Source: Candidatus Thorarchaeota archaeon
Lineage (GTDB): Archaea > Asgardarchaeota > Thorarchaeia > Thorarchaeales > Thorarchaeaceae
Direction of reading: 5' to 3'
Assembly: GCA_048882325.1 (NCBI GenBank)
Contig: JBHLRS010000001.1
Span: forward strand, 64,001-128,000
Length of the DNA: 64,000 bases
How positions within the stretch are numbered: the stretch's first letter is position 1; the number at the start of each line of letters is the position of its first letter. The notes under the pieces were generated by a model that saw nothing but the letters and a program-made list of their open reading frames with translations, ran no database searches and had not been told where the DNA came from. Shown here piece after piece: positions 37,726-47,536 of the stretch. The position numbers and the translations under genes were made by a program.

Positions 37726-39279
37726 TCACGTACCTAGCGAAGAGTGTTCAACGATTCCTCCGACAACAGTCATTTCAATATCTATCTCAATAATCCTGTC
37801 TGGTGCCACTTCCAGAATGTTCTCAGAAAGCACGACAAAGTCTGCTCTCTTACCTACTGTGATACTCCCTAGAGTATTTTCTTGAAAGACCGAGTATGCG
37901 CTCTCCATCGTGTAGCATCGAAGTGCCTCCTCTACAGTCAATCTGACTCTATCATTTTTATGTGTCACCGCAGACCAGATTCCGTATAATGGACTATAGG
38001 GCATACCATCTGAACCGAAACAGACCCTGGCTCCATTGTCGAGAGCCACTCGAAACATGTTCATACCACGGACTCGTTCCTCATCAAACCTGTCGTCATA
38101 GAGACCTCCTGGTTGTTGCCATCTTCCAACGAAATTGGGCTGCATCGAAAGAATAAGGCCAAGCCCTACTGCTCTACGAATCTGATATTCATTGATCATC
38201 TCTGCATGTTCGATTCTATGTCTCTGCTCTCTCAATATACTCTTGTCTGGCAGCTTTTCAAAAGTAGAGATAACCATCTCGAGTGCTTCATCACCAATTG
38301 CATGTGTGACTGTCTGGATGTTATTTGCTACTGCCTTTTTGATAACCGCCTCATACTCATCCTGAGGAAACAAAAGCATTCCTTTGTTTTTGGGGTCGTC
38401 GTTGTATCCTTTTGAAACAAAAGCAGTCTTCGCGCCAATGGATCCATCTGTGAAGATTTTAACTCCTCCAATCCTAACCATTGGACTCCCCATCCCAGAC
38501 GTTAAACCTAGTTCAATCATGTGGTCGATTTGATCTACAGGTATGTTCACGATCATGCGAGTGGAAAGTTGATGTTTTGTTTCTATCTCACGAATATGTC
38601 TGAGTGTCCCACTTGAAGCATTGTCAATAACGGTAGTGATGCCTTTTTCATTTGCAATTTTATTGCCAACCTTGACCCCCTCCTCAATCTGTTCGCCTGT
38701 AGGCTTGACCTTCTCCCAGACTTCATCAATGTCTTTCAGAATTCCCGTTGGTCTTCCAAGTTTATCTCGCTGAACTCCCTTTTGCTTCAGGTCTATGTTG
38801 AGCTTCTTGAGACCGATGATGTTCACCGTCGCAAGATGCCCACACACTCGAGTAACCATTATTGGATGATCTTTACTGACAGGATCTAGATCTTTTGCTG
38901 TTATGTATCTCTTCTCAGTCCATGTACTCTCGTCCCAGTTATAGCCGAGAATCCACTCGCCTTTGGGATATTTGGGAACTGCTCCTTTTAGAAATTCTAC
39001 AGCTTCTTCAACAGATCCAACCTTGCCCAGTTGAACATGAGGTGCTTTTATTCCTGCACTAGTCAAATGGGTGTGTGCATCAATGAATCCTGGGATTACA
39101 GTCTTCCCACCGAGATCGATAACCCTTTTTGCATTGGGAATAAGGTCCATCACTTCCTCTTCCCCTCCCACCGCGAGTACCTTATAGCTCTTTACTGCAA
39201 GCGCATTCGCTGTGGGTTTTTGTGCATCCATCGTAATGATATTGCCATTGAAGACAACTAGGTCAGCTTCCACCTTCAT
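37726..39279 (-). CDS. Amidohydrolase (YtcJ-like, Amidohydro_3)
   Basis: PGFIDAHTH, KIFTDGSIG, HAIGD, HRIEHA, GSD, GKRADFVVL. Confidence 0.92.
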   Translation of the reverse strand: MKVEADLVVFNGNIITMDAQKPTANALAVKSYKVLAVGGEEEVMDLIPNAKRVIDLGGKTVIPGFIDAHTHLTSAGIKAPHVQLGKVGSVEEAVEFLKGAVPKYPKGEWILGYNWDESTWTEKRYITAKDLDPVSKDHPIMVTRVCGHLATVNIIGLKKLNIDLKQKGVQRDKLGRPTGILKDIDEVWEKVKPTGEQIEEGVKVGNKIANEKGITTVIDNASSGTLRHIREIETKHQLSTRMIVNIPVDQIDHMIELGLTSGMGSPMVRIGGVKIFTDGSIGAKTAFVSKGYNDDPKNKGMLLFPQDEYEAVIKKAVANNIQTVTHAIGDEALEMVISTFEKLPDKSILREQRHRIEHAEMINEYQIRRAVGLGLILSMQPNFVGRWQQPGGLYDDRFDEERVRGMNMFRVALDNGARVCFGSDGMPYSPLYGIWSAVTHKNDRVRLTVEEALRCYTMESAYSVFQENTLGSITVGKRADFVVLSENILEVAPDRIIEIDIEMTVVGGIVEHSSLGT

Positions 39280-39519
39280 ATCAGACACGACCACATTTGG
39301 AATCATATTGACATATCTTTCTTGTCATACGGGGCATCGCGAAAGGTCTTTTTTTTCGCACATTTCATCCAACATATCCTCATATATATAAAAATATACT
39401 ATTATAAATAGATAGACCATATTCATCAATGCCGCCGATTGCATATTCAGGTTTGTCTGATCCACCACCGCGTTCTACTGCGGAACTTGCATTTTGGCTG
39501 CATTTTGGAGATGATTCAG

Positions 39520-42500
39520 ATGCGATCAATGCGATTATTCAACAAGACGTTTACCTTGCTCATAGTGTCATTGTTCGTAGTTTCTTTTTCCATTGCTGGA
39601 AGCTCAGCAGCACTGCCTTCTCAAACCGTGGCAGGGAGCTCCGCAATCTTTCAACAACCAATCGATGTTGTAGTTCCTGCAGACGAAGGAACCAATTTGG
39701 ATTGGTATACAGATACTGGGAACTATAATGACACCTGGACTTGGTCAAACAACTACTGGCTCTTTGGTCCTCGGGCGAACTATGAGCTCTTCTTCAACAA
39801 TGGTTCACAGATTCATGATGATGATTATGTACCTATAAATGAAGAGATCACTTGGAGGATCAACATTCCAAAAAGTATTCTCCGAGGCGCAAGTATAGAT
39901 AACGTATACATCAATGGATGGTATGTATCTCCTGACATGAATTTCAGTGCAAGTTTCGCTTTTGATTTCTACAATAGTACGCCTATAACCTGGTCAGCGA
40001 GTTCGTCAAGTGAGAACTATACAACAGGAGTCTTTGATTATACACCATATGTCGAAGTCAATGCTGGAGCTAGTTCCTTAACAAGTGACTCTTCAATGTA
40101 TTATGTCAACTTCAAAGTTCGATTCCTTTCTTCTGCACCAATGGGACTCTACAATTCATATATCAACCTCTATGATCGTGATGGTAACTACTATGATGTT
40201 CGCTCTCGTTGGGCAACAGACATGATGATGTCTGAATACATGGCAGTCGGAATCCCACGAAGTGAGGCGTGGACTTACTCATACTATGGTGGATATACCC
40301 TTGAGAAACAAGACCTGGCTGGTGATCAGATTTACAGTGTGAGTCGGGGTACTGACTTCATGATGCGATTCAACATCACCGGAAATGGTGAGCTTGATTA
40401 TGCCATGCTTTGGACCTACCTACCGACAGGTGATGTCAGAATTCCAATCAACAGGACTGGATTTCATACAGAGATGATAACACACACTGGTGGCTGGGTC
40501 TTTGATCCTGCAATCCAAACTTATGTCTATAATAGTTCAATCCAATATACAGTCCCAGAAGGAGTCTATGGTGATTATATCGAATATGACTACTACTATG
40601 GCTCTGACTGGCGTGATTATGAATATCGATACATTATGTGGAACGAAACGTCAGGTATGATGGAGGTCGAGAGTTATACAACCTCTCAAGAAATGAACCT
40701 GATGTACATCTACAACTTTACTTCCAATACCTTTGAGCTGCTATATGGCTTTCAGTACTGGAGTTATCCTCTAGACTACTACCAACCAGATGTCTATGAG
40801 GAATATATTTGGTACCTTGAGCCCGTTGAGAATGCTCCACTCCAGATATATGCGTTGAATGACACTCTTAGCAATAAGTACGTCAACAATGGAATCATCA
40901 GCGTTGAGTTCGTTGGACACTTTACTGACCAAGCACCAAAAGGAGCAACCATCAACTTCAATGATAGAGTTGTCAGCAAGGATGGCTATGAATTCAATGT
41001 TCTAGCTGATGACTATGGTAACGCTCCAATGACCTATCAAGAATATCTTGATGCAAAACAAGTTGCAGTGGAATCACCAGTTACAATTGCGAAGCTCTTG
41101 AAACAAGACCACTCCGATGTATATGGTTGGTTCTTCCCTGCTGACCCAGGTACACCTTTCGAGGTTCAGGGTCGACTTCAGGGTGGTGCTGATCTTGCAA
41201 CTGATATCGATGGTGCGCTCTTCTCGATGAAGTCCTATGACAGCATCTGGACAGAAAATATGTACATGTACACTGACATGTACTATGAGATTCTCGTGGG
41301 GGCTGACAACAGTGTAACTTTCTCAGCCTACAACTATACTGCAATGGAAAACAGAACGTTTGGCTACCACTGGGAGTGGCAGGAGGTCCAAGTAACCGAC
41401 TGGCACTGGGAGTACAATGTTACAAGTGGTGAAACAGAGTGGGTCTACGGGGAATACTGGACCTCAGAGGACGTCTGGGTTGAGGGTTGGTACTGGGAAT
41501 GGTTCTACTTCAACCAAAAAGATGGTGAATGGGTCAGCTCTCAGGATTGGTATTGTAATGATGTTCGTTCTGAGATGACCAAAGTGAATATTGATTTTGC
41601 AGAGGTTATTGGTATCACCCATTACAATGCTGGTGGAGACCTTTACTACTCATTCCTCGTTAACTTGACTAATTCAGTCCGTGAGATTACTCACTGGTGG
41701 GATTTCAACTTTGCAAACAACACATGGGTCATTGATCCGTCATCCGGTACTGGTTTCCATGATGTTGCAGTTTGGAGACCTGGATGGGTCCACACCTTTG
41801 ACTACATGGGTGAGGATGTGTTTGTTGAAATATCTTCCAAGATTGGTGTCTTCAATAGCACTATTCCGGGCTCATCTGATTGGATGTCTGTTGATGAAGT
41901 CCCATACATCACAATTGATGGTGTTGACTACCCTATCAAGGTAAGAAACATCATGTACCCATACTCATCTGAAACTGAACAAAGAATCATGTTCTGGGAC
42001 AATGGTGGTGACTACTATGAGTTGCTGAACGGGACAAAAATCTACATTCAAGAGCAGCGAAGTGCTTTCTTTTACAATGTCACTATTCCTGGATACGGTT
42101 CCTTCATCTCTGCTCAGAAAGATTACATCTTTTGGGATGATGGTGTTAATGGGTGGTATAGCTGGTGGGATATTTATGGCAACATTCACCAAGGCACCGA
42201 CTACATGATCTGGGGTTATAATGTGACTGTTGAATTCCTTGAAGCCTCTGACGCTATTCGTGATGGCTACTACCTTCGTATTGGTGAAGCTAATGTGCTC
42301 AAGGTGAAGGACTACCCAATCAATGATCCGCGAACTGGCACTGTCTATGTCATCGACGAATATGGAACTCGGTACGACATGACATATGATCCATACTCAG
42401 GATACTACTACATGGAATATGAGACCCTCCTGCAACGAGTTTCCTATGTGTCTGAGAGTTACGAGGGTACCTTTCAGGCAGCTCCTGCGTTTATCGCAGA

Positions 42501-45372
42501 CTGGGGTATTCTTCAAGCTCAATGGTTCACGACTGATGGTCATCACGAGATGCCATATCCAGGAGCTCTAGCTGATTGGCGTGGTGTATACTATACCACA
42601 ACTGAATACGATGGTAAGGTTCCTACAACCAAGACCATTACTGTTTCAGATGTCACCTATTTCCTTGGTGGCAATCCTGACACAAGCACATGGTACGAAT
42701 CTGACCACTTCAACCATACAGGTTTCTGGGTCATCATAGATTCAACCAACTACACACTAGATGGTCAGAAGATGTGGCATGCACTTGTTAATGGCACTTC
42801 AACATGGCAACCAATGACTGTTGGAGGATCATTAGAGTATGGTTCGTTTGCTCAATTAGCCTTCCAAACAGAGGGTACACTTGAAACACCCTATACCTAT
42901 TATGTTGAATACAATTGGAATTCAACATATTACTACGAGTCCAACTGGACAGTTTCACTCGGAAATGGTTCAGTGTATTCTTGTGAACCACGAATACTCT
43001 TTGAGGTGTATCTTGTCGATGCGAATGGAACGCTTGTCTACACATATGACCGATACCCATACGAAGAATGGCTTGGTGGTGACAACTATGTCTACTATAT
43101 CGTTGATCTTGATGGAGCATTACACTATGTTGACTACTACTATGAATTACCAGCACTGGATGTCGTCATCACCGAAGGTTGGGATGTTTGGGGTCCAAAT
43201 GGTACAGCTACATTCCATTATTTCGTCAATGGCACAGAGCACATCGAACCTTACTCAGGTGGTCATGGCGGAATGTCAACCATGGTCTTCACAAATGGAA
43301 CTCTGAGTGGCAAGTACTTCTTCAGATACGCCAATTATGACAATGCCATCTATAATGTGTCATACATGGGTGGAACATACAAAGCAGTCGCAAGGTCCGA
43401 TTACATCTATCAGATTGGTAGTGTTGAAGGCCAAGCATACACCTACACACTTGCTCCAATCGAGAGTGTCGTTTTCAAAAACTTCCAAGAGATAATCGTT
43501 GGCAACCCACGATGGGCACTTTGGGGTGTTCAAACTTGGGCTGAATCAGAGTCCAATAATGCTCTCGACTTAGATGGTGATCTATCGACAACTGATGACC
43601 AGTACTACGTACTCTCTGAGTATCAGTCGACAAACAGCTACTATCAAGAATGGACGCGCATGTGGGTCAACCTCATGTGGGATCCAAATGGAACTATTTT
43701 TGGTGATGAGATGCTCACTGATTCATGGATGGGTGTTGAGACCTATTCGTGGTCTTATCAGTGGCAGGAGACCTTTTACTGGTTCCATGCAGATGACCTT
43801 ACACCAGTAGGTTCAGCTGAGTGGGACACAATCAATAACACTATCTTTGATGCTGAAGGGCTTCCTCGGGCTGGTTATTGGGATATTGCACATATGGGTC
43901 GTAATGTCACTTGGGAGGACATCCTTGCTGAGGCTGAAGCCAATGGTTGGGACTGGTTTGATCAAGGTGAACAGGAATGGACCTGGTTGTCTTTTGGTGT
44001 TGGTCAACATTATGGTGTTGACTCAGAAACCGGATATAGTGGCATTGATTTACGCTACGAGTACTCGGGTCTCATGATTTGGGAAGACACAAACAACAAC
44101 TCTATCATGGAGGCATTTCTGACAAATCCAGGAGACGGTGAACTTACTCACTATTTCATACCTGATTCAGTTGGAAGTGTGAGCTTTGTCACACCAGGCA
44201 TGTCATTTGGCGTTACTGATGCATCTGGTCATCTGTTGGTTGGCGTTGAGGATGAGATAACATGGGGTGTCACTTTCAGTGATATCAACGGTACTGTATT
44301 CCCATTCAATGCATATGCATACTGGGACTGGTACGGTGGTGTAGTGACTGGAAGTGATCTAAAGACATTCGATGAGCGACCAACCAAGGTCACAATCGAT
44401 GAGCTCTCATTTCTGGTCCACTTCCAAGGTTTCATCAATGAAACCGAAGGCGCCACAAACAATTATGCAACTCTCAAGGTTGACAACACAGTTGGACAGT
44501 GGGGTGTAAATCTAATCGGTGGTATCGCTAATCTCGAAGGCAAGTCGCTTGCTCTCAACTATCTTGCAGATGTGAGCACTTCACAATTCAGGGTAGAAGA
44601 AGTCGGTGTTGATCCGGAACAAACAATTGTTTCAGACCGATTCCAGATAGGTGATAACCGTGCAAGATTCGCTGAGATGATTATCGGTGGAGTAACATAC
44701 GAGTGGGCCGCTGATCCATACACTGCATATAATGTCACAAGCCAGACAACTCCATTCAGTACTTTCACTAGTGCTTACCAGTCTGAGGATGGCAAATCTG
44801 CCACCTCATGGTCATTCACCTCAACACAGTATTACGTTTCGATTGGATTTCCGCATTGGGATGGCTATTACGTCTATCAGGACCCAATCTTCGTTGGTTA
44901 TGTCAGTAACTCTGGCAATCCTGGTGGTGCTGTAGCATTCAACAATCTGGGATTCAGTCCTTCAGTTCCATCCTCTACTGATGCTGTGACTGTTGGCGTG
45001 GACCTAGTGACCGACGATGAGATCTTCAGTGTGGCGCTTCAGTACAGTACTGATGGCTACAACTTCAATGGCATCTCCGGAATGTGGTCTGACTCACCAA
45101 ACCATTGGGTTGGTGAAATTCCTTCCTATCCTGAGGATACTCAAGTCTGGTACAAGGTAGTTGTCACAACCAACTCTGGAACCTACGAATCTGACATCAA
45201 GTCTTACATCGTTGGCCAAGGCGCAGTGACGGAACCAACAGAGCCTCCAACCACCCCACGACCAACTGGACCAAGTGGTCCGATTGAGCTATCAACAGAG
45301 ATGTTGTTGATGCTTGGTGGTGTAGGCGTTGTGGTTGTCGTCCTCGGTGTGATGGCTAAGAGACGCAAGTAG
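39520..45372 (+). CDS. Giant cell-surface glycoprotein, paralog of 17206..23931
   Basis: GGAG SD before MRSMRLFNK signal peptide; shared blocks AVESPV, ALDLDGDLSTT, FDERPT, GFP.WDG, DPIFVGY; one Ig-like domain, P/T linker, TM and KRRK tail. Confidence 0.8.
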   Translation: MRSMRLFNKTFTLLIVSLFVVSFSIAGSSAALPSQTVAGSSAIFQQPIDVVVPADEGTNLDWYTDTGNYNDTWTWSNNYWLFGPRANYELFFNNGSQIHDDDYVPINEEITWRINIPKSILRGASIDNVYINGWYVSPDMNFSASFAFDFYNSTPITWSASSSSENYTTGVFDYTPYVEVNAGASSLTSDSSMYYVNFKVRFLSSAPMGLYNSYINLYDRDGNYYDVRSRWATDMMMSEYMAVGIPRSEAWTYSYYGGYTLEKQDLAGDQIYSVSRGTDFMMRFNITGNGELDYAMLWTYLPTGDVRIPINRTGFHTEMITHTGGWVFDPAIQTYVYNSSIQYTVPEGVYGDYIEYDYYYGSDWRDYEYRYIMWNETSGMMEVESYTTSQEMNLMYIYNFTSNTFELLYGFQYWSYPLDYYQPDVYEEYIWYLEPVENAPLQIYALNDTLSNKYVNNGIISVEFVGHFTDQAPKGATINFNDRVVSKDGYEFNVLADDYGNAPMTYQEYLDAKQVAVESPVTIAKLLKQDHSDVYGWFFPADPGTPFEVQGRLQGGADLATDIDGALFSMKSYDSIWTENMYMYTDMYYEILVGADNSVTFSAYNYTAMENRTFGYHWEWQEVQVTDWHWEYNVTSGETEWVYGEYWTSEDVWVEGWYWEWFYFNQKDGEWVSSQDWYCNDVRSEMTKVNIDFAEVIGITHYNAGGDLYYSFLVNLTNSVREITHWWDFNFANNTWVIDPSSGTGFHDVAVWRPGWVHTFDYMGEDVFVEISSKIGVFNSTIPGSSDWMSVDEVPYITIDGVDYPIKVRNIMYPYSSETEQRIMFWDNGGDYYELLNGTKIYIQEQRSAFFYNVTIPGYGSFISAQKDYIFWDDGVNGWYSWWDIYGNIHQGTDYMIWGYNVTVEFLEASDAIRDGYYLRIGEANVLKVKDYPINDPRTGTVYVIDEYGTRYDMTYDPYSGYYYMEYETLLQRVSYVSESYEGTFQAAPAFIADWGILQAQWFTTDGHHEMPYPGALADWRGVYYTTTEYDGKVPTTKTITVSDVTYFLGGNPDTSTWYESDHFNHTGFWVIIDSTNYTLDGQKMWHALVNGTSTWQPMTVGGSLEYGSFAQLAFQTEGTLETPYTYYVEYNWNSTYYYESNWTVSLGNGSVYSCEPRILFEVYLVDANGTLVYTYDRYPYEEWLGGDNYVYYIVDLDGALHYVDYYYELPALDVVITEGWDVWGPNGTATFHYFVNGTEHIEPYSGGHGGMSTMVFTNGTLSGKYFFRYANYDNAIYNVSYMGGTYKAVARSDYIYQIGSVEGQAYTYTLAPIESVVFKNFQEIIVGNPRWALWGVQTWAESESNNALDLDGDLSTTDDQYYVLSEYQSTNSYYQEWTRMWVNLMWDPNGTIFGDEMLTDSWMGVETYSWSYQWQETFYWFHADDLTPVGSAEWDTINNTIFDAEGLPRAGYWDIAHMGRNVTWEDILAEAEANGWDWFDQGEQEWTWLSFGVGQHYGVDSETGYSGIDLRYEYSGLMIWEDTNNNSIMEAFLTNPGDGELTHYFIPDSVGSVSFVTPGMSFGVTDASGHLLVGVEDEITWGVTFSDINGTVFPFNAYAYWDWYGGVVTGSDLKTFDERPTKVTIDELSFLVHFQGFINETEGATNNYATLKVDNTVGQWGVNLIGGIANLEGKSLALNYLADVSTSQFRVEEVGVDPEQTIVSDRFQIGDNRARFAEMIIGGVTYEWAADPYTAYNVTSQTTPFSTFTSAYQSEDGKSATSWSFTSTQYYVSIGFPHWDGYYVYQDPIFVGYVSNSGNPGGAVAFNNLGFSPSVPSSTDAVTVGVDLVTDDEIFSVALQYSTDGYNFNGISGMWSDSPNHWVGEIPSYPEDTQVWYKVVVTTNSGTYESDIKSYIVGQGAVTEPTEPPTTPRPTGPSGPIELSTEMLLMLGGVGVVVVVLGVMAKRRK

Positions 45373-45378
45373 AACAAG

Positions 45379-45414
45379 AAGAGGGGCCATATTGCCCCTC
45401 TTTCCCTCTTTTTT
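45379..45414 (+). terminator. Hairpin plus T-tract (possibly bidirectional)
   Basis: AAGAGGGGC-CATATT-GCCCCTCTT then TCCCTCTTTTTT, between convergent genes. Confidence 0.6.
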
Positions 45415-46060
45415 ATTTCTTTGGAACCTTTTTCCAATCGTCCAAGAATTTCTTGATACCGACGTCCGTAAGTGGATGATTGACCATCTTGTCTAGTACT
45501 GCTGGGGGAATCGTGGCGATATCTGCGCCGATTAATGCAGCCTCATAGACATGTATCGGATGTCGAATACTAGCAACTATGATTTCAGTTTCAAATCCAT
45601 AGTTCGCATAAATCTGGGCTGTTCCCTCAATTACATCCATTCCAACTTGTCCGATATCATCGAGTCTTCCTATGAAAGGCGAAACGAAAGTTGCACCTGC
45701 TTTTGCTGCAAGGATAGCTTGGTTTGGACTAAAGACAAGCGTGACATTGGTTTGGATTCCCTCATCTGCACAGACCTTGACTGCCTTAAGCCCCTCCCAT
45801 GTCATGGGTATTTTGATGGCAGCATTATCAATCCAACTGTTGAGCTCCCGAGCTTCTTTCAGCATACCTTCGGAGTCCTCGCTCACGACCTCCAGACTAA
45901 TTGGTCCCTTTACAAAAGAAGCAATCTCATCAATGACCTCTCGGAAGTCACGACCCTCCTTTGCTACCAGGGATGGATTGGTTGTCACTCCATCAACCAT
46001 TCCTCGATCATATGCTTTGCGTATTGCTTCAACATTGGCAGTATCAATGAAGAATTTCAA
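45413..46060 (-). CDS. tal: Transaldolase / fructose-6-phosphate aldolase (short type)
   Basis: FIDTAN, GVTTNPS, IKIP Schiff-base Lys, NVTLVFS, SPFIGR, ASIRHP. Confidence 0.93.
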   Translation of the reverse strand: MKFFIDTANVEAIRKAYDRGMVDGVTTNPSLVAKEGRDFREVIDEIASFVKGPISLEVVSEDSEGMLKEARELNSWIDNAAIKIPMTWEGLKAVKVCADEGIQTNVTLVFSPNQAILAAKAGATFVSPFIGRLDDIGQVGMDVIEGTAQIYANYGFETEIIVASIRHPIHVYEAALIGADIATIPPAVLDKMVNHPLTDVGIKKFLDDWKKVPKK

Positions 46061-46148
46061 CTCTAGTTATCTCCTGTCTTGACCAGAACATGGTCTCTAC
46101 TATCCGAGTAGGTGTGTTTGCTGAATTTAAAGCGTGGGGTCTGGGTCT

Positions 46149-46808
46149 CTATTTCATTGCCTTCTTGAAATCGCGAACTCTCTGCTCGATGTCTGGAGCC
46201 TTAAACACTGCTGATCCTGCGATAAAGAAGTCAGCACCTGCCTTCCGAAGGTCAGCAACATTATCTAGAGTCACACCACCATCCACAGCAATCCTGACCT
46301 CCGGTTTTAACTCATCAAGCAGTGCCCGAAGGTCTGCTACCTTCGCCATTGTAGAAGGGATGAACTTCTGTCCTCCAAATCCCGGGCAGACGCTCATCAG
46401 AAGAACTGAGTCAATAAGGTCAATTACTCCTTCAACTGTCTGAACTGAGGTCGCTGGGTTCAAAGTGATTCCTGCCCGTGCACCATGGTCGATTATCAAT
46501 TGGACTGTTCTATAGACATCGAAGGACGCCTCCATGTGTGGATAAATCAGCTCCACTCCTGCATCAATGAACTTGGGGATGTACTCCCGAGGATTAGTTA
46601 TCATAAGATGGGCATCGAGAGGAAGGTCGGTGATTGCCCTCATCTGCTTTGCTACCCAGGGACCAAAGCTGATGTTGGGTACAAAATGTCCGTCCATGAT
46701 GTCAAGATGGAAATAGTCTGCTCCACCCTTCTCAGCCGCCTTGATGTCTGCTTCAAGGTTGGCAAAGTTAGCTGCTAGAATTGAGGGTGTGAGTAGAGGT
46801 TTATGCAT
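46149..46808 (-). CDS. rpe: Ribulose-phosphate 3-epimerase
   Basis: PSILAANF, HLDIMDGHFVPN, DAHLM, MSV.PGFGGQ, VDGG, AGSA. Confidence 0.96.
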   Translation of the reverse strand: MHKPLLTPSILAANFANLEADIKAAEKGGADYFHLDIMDGHFVPNISFGPWVAKQMRAITDLPLDAHLMITNPREYIPKFIDAGVELIYPHMEASFDVYRTVQLIIDHGARAGITLNPATSVQTVEGVIDLIDSVLLMSVCPGFGGQKFIPSTMAKVADLRALLDELKPEVRIAVDGGVTLDNVADLRKAGADFFIAGSAVFKAPDIEQRVRDFKKAMK

Positions 46809-46924
46809 AACCAAACCTCTGACTGCCTTGATTTTAATCTTCTCTAATGTCAACAGCAGTAACACAGAAACTTAACTATAGTTTTTTATACCTCTAGTTG
46901 CCTGATATAATAAGGATGATTGGA

Positions 46925-47524
46925 ATGACAGAAAGGAAGGTCAAGAAGGAGCTACAACCAGTTCAACGTCAAGATTTACTCGATGCGTTGAGAATCCGTT
47001 TTGAAGAAAACATGAACCGTCATAAGGGTCTTGTATGGGCGAATGTAGAAGCAAGGCTGAAGGCTGATCCTGAGAAACTGTGGTCGCTAAACGAAATGGA
47101 AAGGACTGGCGGTGAACCTGATGTAGCTGAATATGACAAGAAAACGAACGAATTCATTTTCTATGATTGTTCAGCACAGAGTCCCGAAGGTCGCAGATAT
47201 GTCTGTTACGATCGTGAAGGGCAGGATGCGAGAAGAAAGATGAAAGGTACCAAAAGTACGAGCTCGGAAGGTCTGAAAGGCAACGCAATCGATATGGCAG
47301 GTACTATAGGTATTGAGATCTTAACAGAAGAGCAGTATCGAAAGTTGCAGAAACTTGGAGAATTCGACACTAAGACTTCAAGCTGGGTGAAAACACCTTC
47401 TGCTATCAGAGAACTAGGTGGTGCCATCTTTGCTAGTCGCCGCTACAACCATGTCTTTACGTTTCACAATAGTGCTCCTTCTTTCTATAGAGATAGAGGG
47501 TTCCGTGGCTCGTTAAGAGTCTAA
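46925..47524 (+). CDS. DUF4256 family protein
   Basis: WSLNEMERTGGEPD, CYD, LTEEQYR, KTSSW, RGFRG..RV; start approximate. Confidence 0.8.
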   Translation: MTERKVKKELQPVQRQDLLDALRIRFEENMNRHKGLVWANVEARLKADPEKLWSLNEMERTGGEPDVAEYDKKTNEFIFYDCSAQSPEGRRYVCYDREGQDARRKMKGTKSTSSEGLKGNAIDMAGTIGIEILTEEQYRKLQKLGEFDTKTSSWVKTPSAIRELGGAIFASRRYNHVFTFHNSAPSFYRDRGFRGSLRV

Positions 47525-47536
47525 ACTTTGTGCGCG

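Noticed and set aside
39439-39519. N-terminal extension of the second surface protein
   Set aside because: The SD and signal peptide point to ATG 39520 or 39529; the upstream part is better read as a leader
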